A stretch of 64,000 nt of DNA. Origin: a virus. Below the pieces are notes generated by a model that saw only the letters and a list, made by a program, of their open reading frames with translations, was not told the origin of the DNA and searched no databases. The position numbers were made by a program, and so were the translations under genes. Location of the stretch: positions 19,125-83,124 of IMG/VR virus record IMGVR_UViG_3300042502_001233. One strand, 5' to 3'. This document shows, in pieces, positions 55,485-64,000 of the stretch (position 1 is the stretch's first letter; every line of letters begins with the position of its first letter).

Positions 55485-55772
55485 TTAATTTGCTTTGTTA
55501 CTTAAACTATCTCTCCACAAACCTCTTTTAACCCATAAGGCTTTATAAAGTTGTGTGAGAACATTTTTTGTTATATCAACTATTTTATCTTCTAATTCTT
55601 TTTCATTTTTAAGTCTATCTTTAACAATTTTTTCAATTTTCTTTTTGAATTCATTGCTATCCATATAAACTTTAATCTCTTTAGAGACATCAGATTTTGA
55701 TAGTGTTTCGTTTATTTTTTTACTATTTTTAGTCATAGTGTAGTTTTTATTATAAATATTAAGAATAAACAA
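55485..55772 (-). CDS. hypothetical protein
   Basis: 95 aa. Confidence 0.35.
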   Translation of the reverse strand: MFILNIYNKNYTMTKNSKKINETLSKSDVSKEIKVYMDSNEFKKKIEKIVKDRLKNEKELEDKIVDITKNVLTQLYKALWVKRGLWRDSLSNKAN

Positions 55773-55776
55773 AAAA

Positions 55777-55792
55777 AGCCCTATATAGGGCT
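55777..55792. terminator. terminator AGCCCT-ATAT-AGGGCT
   Basis: A-run before and T-rich after. Confidence 0.55.
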
Positions 55793-55813
55793 CTTTTATT
55801 AAAGATATATTGT

Positions 55814-56536
55814 TTAAAAATCAAACATCAAACCAACACCTAATTGGCTGTTCGTGTTCACAGAACCCAACACGTTTAATTTTTTGTATCTAAAACCACC
55901 TAGGATTTCATAATTTTGTGTTGCTCTATCTGAAGTGGTATTATACTTGGCACCACCAAAATATTTCCAATTTTTTATTTTTTGTTCAGCAACTGGTAAT
56001 GTATGTACGTCAAGACTGTTAACTTCTACAAATTCGCTATCTGTTTTAAGCGTAGCTTTCCATATACCCTCTTTGGTCTCAGAAATAACCAAATCAAGAC
56101 TTTGAGGTTGAAATTGGAACTTACCCTTACCTTGTTTGGTAGCTAGGCTTATACCGCCTGTATACTTCAAAGTTTGTTTTTCTTTGCTTGGGTAATAATC
56201 TTCAATATGAACGGAATCATTTTCAACAATTACGTTATCCATTGGTTTTTCAACATCTTTTTGTCTGTATTCAATTCTGGTGATTATCTTAGGGTTTTTA
56301 ATATCCATTTCCAAATCTTTAATAATCTTAGCCATATCTCTTTTGGTAACTGTGTCGGCTACTAACTTTTCATATTGGTTATCACTTATTTTTTTAAGTT
56401 TGTCCATTTTAATTTCGTTTTTATGTAGTTCAGCTCTTAACCCTTCAGTTTCTCTATCTGAACTACACTTGGTTATATAAAAAGCCATAAAAGCAAATAA
56501 CCCAGCAATAACTATTGTTTTAAAATCTAATTTCAT
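55814..56536 (-). CDS. lipoprotein / outer-membrane-like protein
   Basis: Signal peptide with lipobox ITKC; C-terminal ...GVGLMFDF ending in Phe, like OM beta-barrel proteins. Confidence 0.4.
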   Translation of the reverse strand: MKLDFKTIVIAGLFAFMAFYITKCSSDRETEGLRAELHKNEIKMDKLKKISDNQYEKLVADTVTKRDMAKIIKDLEMDIKNPKIITRIEYRQKDVEKPMDNVIVENDSVHIEDYYPSKEKQTLKYTGGISLATKQGKGKFQFQPQSLDLVISETKEGIWKATLKTDSEFVEVNSLDVHTLPVAEQKIKNWKYFGGAKYNTTSDRATQNYEILGGFRYKKLNVLGSVNTNSQLGVGLMFDF

Positions 56537-56537
56537 A

Positions 56538-57071
56538 TTATTGATTGTTTTGTTTACCCATGTAATCTTCTTGTAATTTTATCGCCCATTCATCTTCCCA
56601 ATTTTGATAAAACCCTGGCAATTTTTTAAGCAACTCTGATAAATCTGGGTTTGACACGTTTTTAACAACTGGTTCTTTAAAACCATCTAACAACGATAAT
56701 TCAAAATAAACACCAGAACGGTTTCCTTCGTTCATCCAACTACGTTCTAAATTAGGGTCGTTACCACCAGCACCACTACCAATAGCTCCTTCCAAATACA
56801 CAACACCCATATGTACGTTAGCATTTTTTTCATCAGTATATATCTTGAAGAACTTTATAGTAACTCTAGGGTTTATCGCTTGTAATTTTTTCAATTCTTC
56901 ACTGTAAACAGCATCACCTTTGTTAACATCCATAACTTCTTTTTCAACCATAGAATCTGATTGTTGTTCAGGTTGTTCTTCAGCTTCAGTTAATAATCTT
57001 GACTTGTAACCACCTCTCATGATATCCATCATTTTTTTGGTCATATCGTGTTCGTCAATTCTTTCTTTCAT
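56538..57071 (-). CDS. hypothetical protein
   Basis: 177 aa. Confidence 0.4.
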   Translation of the reverse strand: MKERIDEHDMTKKMMDIMRGGYKSRLLTEAEEQPEQQSDSMVEKEVMDVNKGDAVYSEELKKLQAINPRVTIKFFKIYTDEKNANVHMGVVYLEGAIGSGAGGNDPNLERSWMNEGNRSGVYFELSLLDGFKEPVVKNVSNPDLSELLKKLPGFYQNWEDEWAIKLQEDYMGKQNNQ

Positions 57072-57077
57072 ATTATT

Positions 57078-57689
57078 TTATTTTAATTCTAATTTATTTT
57101 TAAATTTTAGATAATCCCAACTTGGTGATAAATCAGTATAGTGTTTTTCAAGATTGCTTTTATATATAACACCTTTGTAATCAAAGAAATTATCAATTTT
57201 TGTATTGTGTGGTAACACAGCTTTTGGTATGTTGAATTGTTCGCAAAGCATTTTAACTAGCTCTAATGTTGATTCAAATTGTTCATCAGTGTATTTATCC
57301 CAATACTTATAGTTTCTCCATCGCCTTTCAGAAATATCAATTGGTTTATTATAAATATTACCAACCCATGTAATGTATTCATTTTTTTCAATATCTTTAA
57401 CCAACCAACCATTATTTTCTAACAATATAATGATTGACTTGTTATTCAACTCATCACTATCTAAAAATTCTGAAGAATATTTAGGGTCAAAATGTTTATA
57501 AACAAAACCAGCCGCATCTATTGTAAATGCAGCTGTTTTTTTATATTTTCCGTTATATCTTTTTTTCCACCCTAGGAAATGTTTCATATCTGAATTAAAA
57601 GTATGTCCTATAACTATTTGTGTTTTTTCACTTTCAATCGGTGTAAAATTCTTTTCTGTTAAAGAATATGTTGTATCATCTAAAACCAT
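57078..57689 (-). CDS. hypothetical protein
   Basis: 203 aa. Confidence 0.4.
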   Translation of the reverse strand: MVLDDTTYSLTEKNFTPIESEKTQIVIGHTFNSDMKHFLGWKKRYNGKYKKTAAFTIDAAGFVYKHFDPKYSSEFLDSDELNNKSIIILLENNGWLVKDIEKNEYITWVGNIYNKPIDISERRWRNYKYWDKYTDEQFESTLELVKMLCEQFNIPKAVLPHNTKIDNFFDYKGVIYKSNLEKHYTDLSPSWDYLKFKNKLELK

Positions 57690-58921
57690 TAACTACGTCT
57701 AAAGTAATTGTTATTTTTATTTATAGGTTTTTCATTGGTGCCACTAACTTTTTGAATAGTGTTACCTTTTGGATAAGGTACGTTTACTGAAAACCCTCTA
57801 TTTCTATCTTTAACTTCTTTGATGTCATCAAGTTTTATCTTACCATAAGTTTGTTGTTCCGCTGAAGGTAAAACAACTTCTTCAATTTCTGGTTCTGGTT
57901 CTGGAATATCTTCTAGGATTGATTCTTCATTATCCACTATAGGTTCTATAGGTAAATCATCAAACTCTCTAGTAAAAACTCCAGGTGACTTAAATTTAGT
58001 GATATCAACATCAGGTTTAGTTTGTGCTCCAACGTTTTTTACTTCTTTAATTTTTCGCTTGTAATTTTTTATTTTGGTTAATATGGATTCTTTTTTTCTT
58101 TTTGCAACTTCTGGTTCTGGTATGTATTGACCACTTTCAATTTGAAATACTCTGTTTGTAATCAAAATCAACGCTACAGCTAACGGGTCAAACACAAATA
58201 TCAATAATAATATCAAATAGTTAACAACTTTTGCCATTGATACCCCAGTTAATTCTGCAATATATTTCAACGGACCAACCTCTGCTGCTACTTCACTACC
58301 AGATTTTAATTCTAGCGCTTTTGTGTTGTATACACTGATGGAATCCGATAAACTAGCATTTTTAATATTTAACACATCTATATCTGTTGATAATTTTTGA
58401 ATTTCAGTGTTGGCAGTTGAAATATCACCTCTAACACTGTTTCTAGCTCTATTTGAATTAGAACCGTCTAGTCTAGCTTCTTGTGTTGTTCTTAACCCAC
58501 TTAATTGGTCAATACGTTTGTTTTTACTATCTATGATTTTTTGATTGTCTGCAACGCTTTTTTCAAATATTTGTTTTTTACCATCTAACACACTTAATTC
58601 ACCTTCATGAATTTCTAGTTTGTTAGCGGTCTTTTGATAAGCATTTGAAAGGAAACCGTAAATACCAGCTGAGGTTATAAGCATTAGTACAACAACACTA
58701 AACGTTAAGTAAGTTCTAAGCCCTTTAGCTAGTTTACCCCAATAAGTATGAAGAGCTGTTGTTGTAACAATTTTACCAACTTCTAATACTGAAGCCATAA
58801 TAATGACCGCAGTACTAGCGCCAGCGAATAATTGACTTAAACCCCAAACTGAGAAATAGGCTGCGCAACCAGCTACTGATAACGCAAGCAATAACATAAT
58901 ATATTTAATCTTAAACTTCAT
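57689..58921 (-). CDS. membrane protein with N-terminal TM bundle and long coiled coil
   Basis: 410 aa; 4 predicted TM helices then a heptad-rich region. Confidence 0.45.
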   Translation of the reverse strand: MKFKIKYIMLLLALSVAGCAAYFSVWGLSQLFAGASTAVIIMASVLEVGKIVTTTALHTYWGKLAKGLRTYLTFSVVVLMLITSAGIYGFLSNAYQKTANKLEIHEGELSVLDGKKQIFEKSVADNQKIIDSKNKRIDQLSGLRTTQEARLDGSNSNRARNSVRGDISTANTEIQKLSTDIDVLNIKNASLSDSISVYNTKALELKSGSEVAAEVGPLKYIAELTGVSMAKVVNYLILLLIFVFDPLAVALILITNRVFQIESGQYIPEPEVAKRKKESILTKIKNYKRKIKEVKNVGAQTKPDVDITKFKSPGVFTREFDDLPIEPIVDNEESILEDIPEPEPEIEEVVLPSAEQQTYGKIKLDDIKEVKDRNRGFSVNVPYPKGNTIQKVSGTNEKPINKNNNYFRRS

Positions 58922-58952
58922 AGTAATAAATATTACGATTATATAATTGTTA

Positions 58953-59786
58953 TTATTGGTTTATTAATTCTTGCAATGTTTGTGTATGGTGTCTTAACTT
59001 TCTGATTGCTTTTTCTTTGATTTGTCTGATTCTTTCTTTTGTCAAATCATATTTATCACCAATGGCTTCAAGTGTCATTGCTTCGTGTGTTATGTTCATT
59101 CCGAAATATGATTCAACAATCATTTTCTCTCTTTCATCCAACACACTTAATATTTTATTTAATTCGTCTTTAACTTTATCGTTAACCTCAATCTCATCAA
59201 TGTTTAAAGTTAACGGTTCACTTACTAACAAATCAACAATTTCACCACCTTCTTCACCAATCAATTTGTTCAATGAAGAAGTTTTTGAATAATTTAATAT
59301 TGATAAATCATTTTCTTCATTAAACATATCAACATAAATAGGGTCTGTTTCGTTTTCTTGTTCTGTATTTGACATTTCTTTATTCAATTTTGAAATTTTG
59401 TTAATAACGTTAGCTGGTAATCTTACTACTCTAGCGTTATCGTTAAGACTTTGAATAATTGATTGTTTTACCCACCATACAGCGTAAGAGATAAATCTAA
59501 ACCCTCTTTTATGGTCAAATCTGTGAGCAGCTTTGATTAGGCCGTAATTACCTTCATTTATCAAATCTGATAATGGAAGACCTTGCCCTTGATATTCTTT
59601 TGCGATTGAAATCACAAATTTAAGGTTGGCTTCCACCAACTCGGTAGTCGCTTTTGTATCACCTTTTTTTATTCTTTTTGCTAATTCTATCTCTTGACTA
59701 GGAGTCAAGATAATAGATTTTTTTACTTCTTTAAAATACTTTGAAACTGTGTCATCTGTACTATAATTTACATACTTTTTGTTCAT
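58953..59786 (-). CDS. sigma-70 family RNA polymerase sigma factor (group 3-like)
   Basis: Region 2 FDHKRGFRFISYAVWWVKQSI; region 4 HTH LEAIGDKYDLTKERIRQIKEKAIRKLR. Confidence 0.85.
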   Translation of the reverse strand: MNKKYVNYSTDDTVSKYFKEVKKSIILTPSQEIELAKRIKKGDTKATTELVEANLKFVISIAKEYQGQGLPLSDLINEGNYGLIKAAHRFDHKRGFRFISYAVWWVKQSIIQSLNDNARVVRLPANVINKISKLNKEMSNTEQENETDPIYVDMFNEENDLSILNYSKTSSLNKLIGEEGGEIVDLLVSEPLTLNIDEIEVNDKVKDELNKILSVLDEREKMIVESYFGMNITHEAMTLEAIGDKYDLTKERIRQIKEKAIRKLRHHTQTLQELINQ

Positions 59787-59874
59787 TAAAATTGTTCATA
59801 CTTTTTCTTTTTTTGTTATGTTTAACTTATTAAATATACGACATATTGTTAATAAAGTCAAGGGTTTACGGTAA

Positions 59875-60423
59875 TTATTTTACCAAAAACCCCAATATTT
59901 TTTTGTCATAATCTGTTAAGTTTTGAACACCTTTATCAATAATGTTGTCATACAATTTTTTCTTTTCTGTTTTGCACATATTGTTGATGTCTTCTTGACT
60001 TAACTCGATAGTAACTGCTGTTGTTTCAGTACACGCACTAATTTTGTTTGTGTCTCTTTCACTATTGTTAATGGTTTTGATAGTGTTTAAAAAGTCTATC
60101 GTGTTTTCTCCAAGTATTCTATCGTTGTTTTCTTTTAAAAAACCGAATAACCCTTCGTGGATATCTTTTTTGTTGATAAAAAACCCAGAATTCTCTTGGT
60201 CCAAATCAAAAACTAAAAAACTTCTATTATTTGATTTAAACCATTCGGATAGTTCCTTGGGTTCCATAAACGAAGTAAATGTAGCAATAACTATACCTTT
60301 TGCATCCAAAACGTTTGATTTTGACTCACTAACTTTATCTATTTCGGGGACAACACCTATTGTGTCTCCCATGATTACTACGCAATAATTTCTGAATTTC
60401 ATATCATTTATTTTATAATACAA
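59875..60423 (-). CDS. hypothetical protein
   Basis: 182 aa. Confidence 0.4.
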   Translation of the reverse strand: MYYKINDMKFRNYCVVIMGDTIGVVPEIDKVSESKSNVLDAKGIVIATFTSFMEPKELSEWFKSNNRSFLVFDLDQENSGFFINKKDIHEGLFGFLKENNDRILGENTIDFLNTIKTINNSERDTNKISACTETTAVTIELSQEDINNMCKTEKKKLYDNIIDKGVQNLTDYDKKILGFLVK

Positions 60424-60451
60424 ATATATTACTTTTTTGGGTAATATGCAA

Positions 60452-62758
60452 TTAATTAAACGTTATTTTAGAAATATTATTTTCTTTAACTACAGTAACC
60501 ACGTTTGTTGACCAATCTTTAACGATATCGTTGTGTGTGATAAAGAAGACGATATCATACATGTCTTTTACTTTATCAAACAACAATTTTAGTTTTTCAA
60601 GATTCTCTGGAGCCACTTTACCCAACACTTCATCAAACGTGATGAAATTAGGCATAGGTAGTGTAGATAGTTTCCCTAACACAGCTCTTAAAGCTAGACT
60701 GGCAGCAGTTTTTTCTAACCCAGACCCAGATTTTAACAATTTAGAAACACCATCTTTAACTAATAAAAACTGAACATCGTTCTTATCATTAATAAATATC
60801 TCGATTTCAAAATCTACAACATCTTCTAATAATCTTTGAACTTCTGAATTGATAATTGGGAGAACTGAGCGCAATACCAATTTACTAATACCTTTCTTAC
60901 CAACCAATTCAATGTATATCTTGAATATTTTATCAACTTCCTCTTCTTTTTTTATAGTTTCAATAAGTTTTGTTTTTATACCAATATGTTCCGCGTTGAT
61001 TCTTAATTCACTTTGAACTCGTTCGAGACTTCTGATTGTTTCGTCTTTTTTATATTCTTTAACTGAAATATCTGTAATAATTTTACTAACAGCTATTTCT
61101 ACACTACGATTTAACTCTATCGCTTCTAAGTTTAATTTGTATTTTTTCAAATCATTCTTTTTAGCAACAATTTGGTTTCTTAATCCACCCATTTCAACTT
61201 CTAATCTGTCTATATCCAATTCCTTTTTACCAATTGAGTCAGCAATTTTTTTGGTTTCATTTAAACCTTCAAGTTCTTCAACACTTTTTAAAAGTTTATC
61301 AGTAAGTTCTTTTACTTCTTTGTTTATTTTTTCAATCTCAACCTCATGTTTAGCTATATGTGCTGAATTATCAACATCATCTAATTTTCTGTTACATGAT
61401 TGACAAATACCACCAGCAATTAAATCGGATACAACTTTTTTAAGTCTTTTTGATTCGGCTTCTTTAACTGCTTTATCCATATTTAATTTACTACCTAATT
61501 TTGTCAACTCATGATGTCTATCTTCATCAAATTCAATTTTACCTATCTCTTCGATTTCACTTTTTATAGTTGTTACTTTACCACTTAACTCAACACCTTT
61601 ATCAATGAGTGTTTTAATGTCATCTTCAAGTCTTTGGGGGTTTAATTCTGAAATTGTTACGTCAATTTTCTCTTTGCTGTTTAAAAGAGCATCTTTTTCA
61701 GTTTTTAACTCTTCCAAAGATTGTTTAGTAGTTTCTAAAGTTTCGTTTAAATCACTTTCTAGTTCATTATAGTTCACAATTTTTTCATTGTGGTCATCAA
61801 TCTCTTGACCCAAAGTTATAACGTCGTATTCGTTAGATTTCTTCTTTTTAGAAAATTCATTGTACATCGTTCTAGCGATTGCTTCTTTCATTTCAAGAAC
61901 TTCTAAACCAATAAGTCTAGTAAGTATCTTACCAGATTCAGTTGTTGTCAATCCAATCAATTCATCCAAGTTTTTTTCAGTAGCCAAAACCAACATTTCA
62001 AAATCTTTTTCGGTTCCGATGCTTTCTTTTAACTTTTTAGTTGTTTGTTTGGCATCTTCTTCATTTAATTCCTCTTCTTCACCATCTGGTTGAATTTTAT
62101 AGTAGTTTACTTTGTTTACAACAGTCCAACCACCACCTTTTTTAGAAGTACGTCTCATTTTTCTTTCAATGATAGTCTCTTCACCTTCAATTTCAATCAT
62201 TCCACGAACAACCAACTCATTCTTTTCAGAGTATGTGTTGAATATTTGCTCGTTGGTATCTGTTTTGGTTGTACTACCATGAAGCAAAAACTTAATAGCG
62301 TCGATTGTAAGCGTTGTATTATGTGATACGATTCCATTGGTATAATATTGATGGACTTCGGCTACTTGAATATCGTATAATGTATCTTTTTCTTTTAATA
62401 ATTCAATAGTAGCAACAGCACTATCACCATCGTTTGTTTGAATCATCTCACCAACTTTTATCTCTTTAAGGACAACAAACTCATCATCCGTTTTCTTTAA
62501 ACGATGATAATCAGCACCTTCAACAAACATTCCGTTTTGAAGTTCACATCTATAAACATCAGCATTTTCTTCTGTAATTCCACACCACTCAATGTCTTTA
62601 TAACCATATGGTGTATCAACTTTAAATCCTAGGTCTCCGTATTTTTGGTAAATATTATTTAATTCACCAATTGTAATTTCTTTATTCTCCATCTTTTTTA
62701 TATAAATTAATTTCTTCAATTTCAAATTCAATACCACGAAGTTTATCTTTAGATTCAA
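60452..62758 (-). CDS. SbcC/Rad50-like recombination ATPase (T4 gp46-like) preceded in-frame by an intein C-segment (blocks B, F, G; about 125-147 aa)
   Basis: N-terminal VYRCELQNGMFVEGADYHRL (block B-like) ... DTLYDIQVAEVHQYYTNGIVSHN|TTLTIDAIKFLLHG, where the extein starts at the [ST]T of the P-loop. The C-terminus has the signature motif, Walker B FITFDEV and H-loop FFITHN. Confidence 0.7.
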   Translation of the reverse strand: MNLKINFVVLNLKLKKLIYIKKMENKEITIGELNNIYQKYGDLGFKVDTPYGYKDIEWCGITEENADVYRCELQNGMFVEGADYHRLKKTDDEFVVLKEIKVGEMIQTNDGDSAVATIELLKEKDTLYDIQVAEVHQYYTNGIVSHNTTLTIDAIKFLLHGSTTKTDTNEQIFNTYSEKNELVVRGMIEIEGEETIIERKMRRTSKKGGGWTVVNKVNYYKIQPDGEEEELNEEDAKQTTKKLKESIGTEKDFEMLVLATEKNLDELIGLTTTESGKILTRLIGLEVLEMKEAIARTMYNEFSKKKKSNEYDVITLGQEIDDHNEKIVNYNELESDLNETLETTKQSLEELKTEKDALLNSKEKIDVTISELNPQRLEDDIKTLIDKGVELSGKVTTIKSEIEEIGKIEFDEDRHHELTKLGSKLNMDKAVKEAESKRLKKVVSDLIAGGICQSCNRKLDDVDNSAHIAKHEVEIEKINKEVKELTDKLLKSVEELEGLNETKKIADSIGKKELDIDRLEVEMGGLRNQIVAKKNDLKKYKLNLEAIELNRSVEIAVSKIITDISVKEYKKDETIRSLERVQSELRINAEHIGIKTKLIETIKKEEEVDKIFKIYIELVGKKGISKLVLRSVLPIINSEVQRLLEDVVDFEIEIFINDKNDVQFLLVKDGVSKLLKSGSGLEKTAASLALRAVLGKLSTLPMPNFITFDEVLGKVAPENLEKLKLLFDKVKDMYDIVFFITHNDIVKDWSTNVVTVVKENNISKITFN

Positions 62759-62883
62759 TACGGTTATTAATTAAATCAAACACAGTTTCAATTTGTAAAA
62801 AAGGGCTATCGCCACTAATTATTACTAGGTATTGTATTCTTCTATATGATTTTTGTGTATATTTATAAACACCTTTTTTAATT

Positions 62884-63900
62884 TTATTTATTTCCATTTT
62901 TTAAAAATTTTTTACATTTATTTATTATCTCTTGTTTGTTTTTTTTATATTCGGAATCCCAAACAACTAAAACTTCAAAACCTTTATTATTAGCTATTAA
63001 CATTTTTTGTTTATCTTTATCCCAAATATCTTTAGCTGTTAAGTCTTTTCTAAAAGGGTTTGGATAATCATCTTTATCATATTTATTTGGATTACCATGA
63101 TAATCATCACCATTATACTCAATTATTTTTTTATTTTTTAAGTCAGTAAAATCATATCTATAAAAACCATTATCATCAGTTAAAACAAATTCACCACCTT
63201 TTTTTGCAAAAAGAAAATAATTAATATCATTAATGTCAACTTTTTCTATTAACGTATAAAACAACTCTTGACTTACTTCGGAATAACCAGATTTTAATTT
63301 ACCATTTTTATAAAGTGTTTTTTGCCATTTTATTTGTCTTTCATTAAACTTAACTAACCCTTCTTCTGAACCATATTTTTTAATACAGGTTTTTAAACTA
63401 AACGTTTGTTGTCTTTTAGAAACCATTTGTTTACTTTCTTTATCATCAAAACCTTTATTTAACCAATATTGGATATTAGCACTTCCAAGTTTACCAGCGG
63501 CACTTCTTTTACCTTCTCGTTCTCCCCATTTTTTAGTACCTTCTTTTTCACCAAACCTAGCTATACAACCTCTTAAAGAAACCATTTTTTGACCTTCAAT
63601 TTGTAGTATCGCTTCTTCTTCGGTATAACCATTTTTAACCCAATATTCAATATTTACTGGTCTTAAAGTTCTAATGTGGTCTTCAATTTTGTTTTCATTT
63701 AAACCTCTATCTATCCAATATTGTTTTGAATAAGGTGAACCTTTTGGTATTACAATCCCTAAATTTTTTAACCTACTAGTTATAACACTAGGGTCAACAT
63801 TAAATCTTAGTGCTATCTTATTAGTAGATTCAAAATTCTCATTATACAATTTTAACATTATTTTGATTTCATCATCACTAAATTCTTTTCTTTTTCCCAT
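62884..63900 (-). CDS. freestanding homing endonuclease, Vsr-like/EDxHD-type, N-terminal HTH
   Basis: C-terminal IIEYNGDDYHGNP...K...D; sits immediately upstream of the intein-bearing SbcC-like gene. Confidence 0.7.
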   Translation of the reverse strand: MGKRKEFSDDEIKIMLKLYNENFESTNKIALRFNVDPSVITSRLKNLGIVIPKGSPYSKQYWIDRGLNENKIEDHIRTLRPVNIEYWVKNGYTEEEAILQIEGQKMVSLRGCIARFGEKEGTKKWGEREGKRSAAGKLGSANIQYWLNKGFDDKESKQMVSKRQQTFSLKTCIKKYGSEEGLVKFNERQIKWQKTLYKNGKLKSGYSEVSQELFYTLIEKVDINDINYFLFAKKGGEFVLTDDNGFYRYDFTDLKNKKIIEYNGDDYHGNPNKYDKDDYPNPFRKDLTAKDIWDKDKQKMLIANNKGFEVLVVWDSEYKKNKQEIINKCKKFLKNGNK

Positions 63901-64000
63901 TTTAACTTTTATATCTATAATTATTATTTACTATAAATATAACCGTTTAACCAAAAAGGTAAAGACAAAGAAATAATTATTTTAGTTCATCTGGTAAAAA

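Noticed and set aside
62682-62897. 71-aa ORF between the endonuclease gene and the SbcC-like gene as the missing N-extein+IntN
   Set aside because: Its N-terminus has a faint SbcC-like KSY...LVIISG pattern and it ends ...LYKKDGE, like the end of intein block A. But it has no GxxGxGK P-loop and no Cys/Ser at the block A +1 position (Phe, one transversion from Cys). It is probably a decayed remnant or non-coding.
1-64000. CRISPR arrays, integrase or attachment sites, rRNA
   Set aside because: No regularly spaced direct repeats, no tyrosine/serine recombinase motifs, and no rRNA-like conserved blocks were seen. The window reads as a lytic-phage-like gene array throughout.

Overview
This is an AT-rich (about 30% GC) virus-like window of 64 kb, and almost every gene is on the minus strand. 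The recurring promoter-like motif, read on the minus strand, is TTG(ACA)-N17-20-TAnnTTTG. That is the Bacteroidetes sigma-A -33/-7 architecture, so this looks like a large lytic phage of a Bacteroidetes host, with T4-like auxiliary functions.

Main content:
- RNA ligase 2, ATP-dependent DNA ligase, and a bifunctional polynucleotide kinase/2H cyclic phosphodiesterase.
- A DEDDh exonuclease, Nudix hydrolase, dNMP kinase, CCA-adding enzyme, RNase HII, ClpP, DnaJ, a sigma-70-family factor, SPFH protein, a GH19 endolysin, an ArdC-like antirestriction protein, a TROVE/vWA-like protein and a GHKL ATPase.
- A 1298-aa protein combining tandem repeats, an SNF2-like helicase and a SAM methyltransferase.
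- A cluster of about 17 tRNA or tRNA-like genes plus a tmRNA-like gene.
- Eleven freestanding homing endonuclease genes (GIY-YIG, HNH, EndoVII-like, Vsr/EDxHD-like).

The most unusual observations:
1. An Rnl1-type RNA ligase gene is fractured into two genes carrying split-intein halves, separated by a Vsr-like endonuclease gene.
2. An SbcC/Rad50-like gene begins with a long intein C-segment whose C-extein starts inside the P-loop, while no N-extein is found upstream. This suggests an atypical split intein.
3. A PTH2 peptidyl-tRNA hydrolase gene has an in-frame TAG at codon 3, and a tRNA-like gene with anticodon CUA sits about 60 nt upstream.
4. A truncated RF1-like release factor gene has a single in-frame TGA, and a degraded paralogous fragment lies nearby.
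5. There are two promoter motif classes. The second (GATATTTATAATA) precedes most homing endonuclease genes.

All RNA and tRNA calls were made by eye and need tRNAscan-SE or Infernal confirmation.
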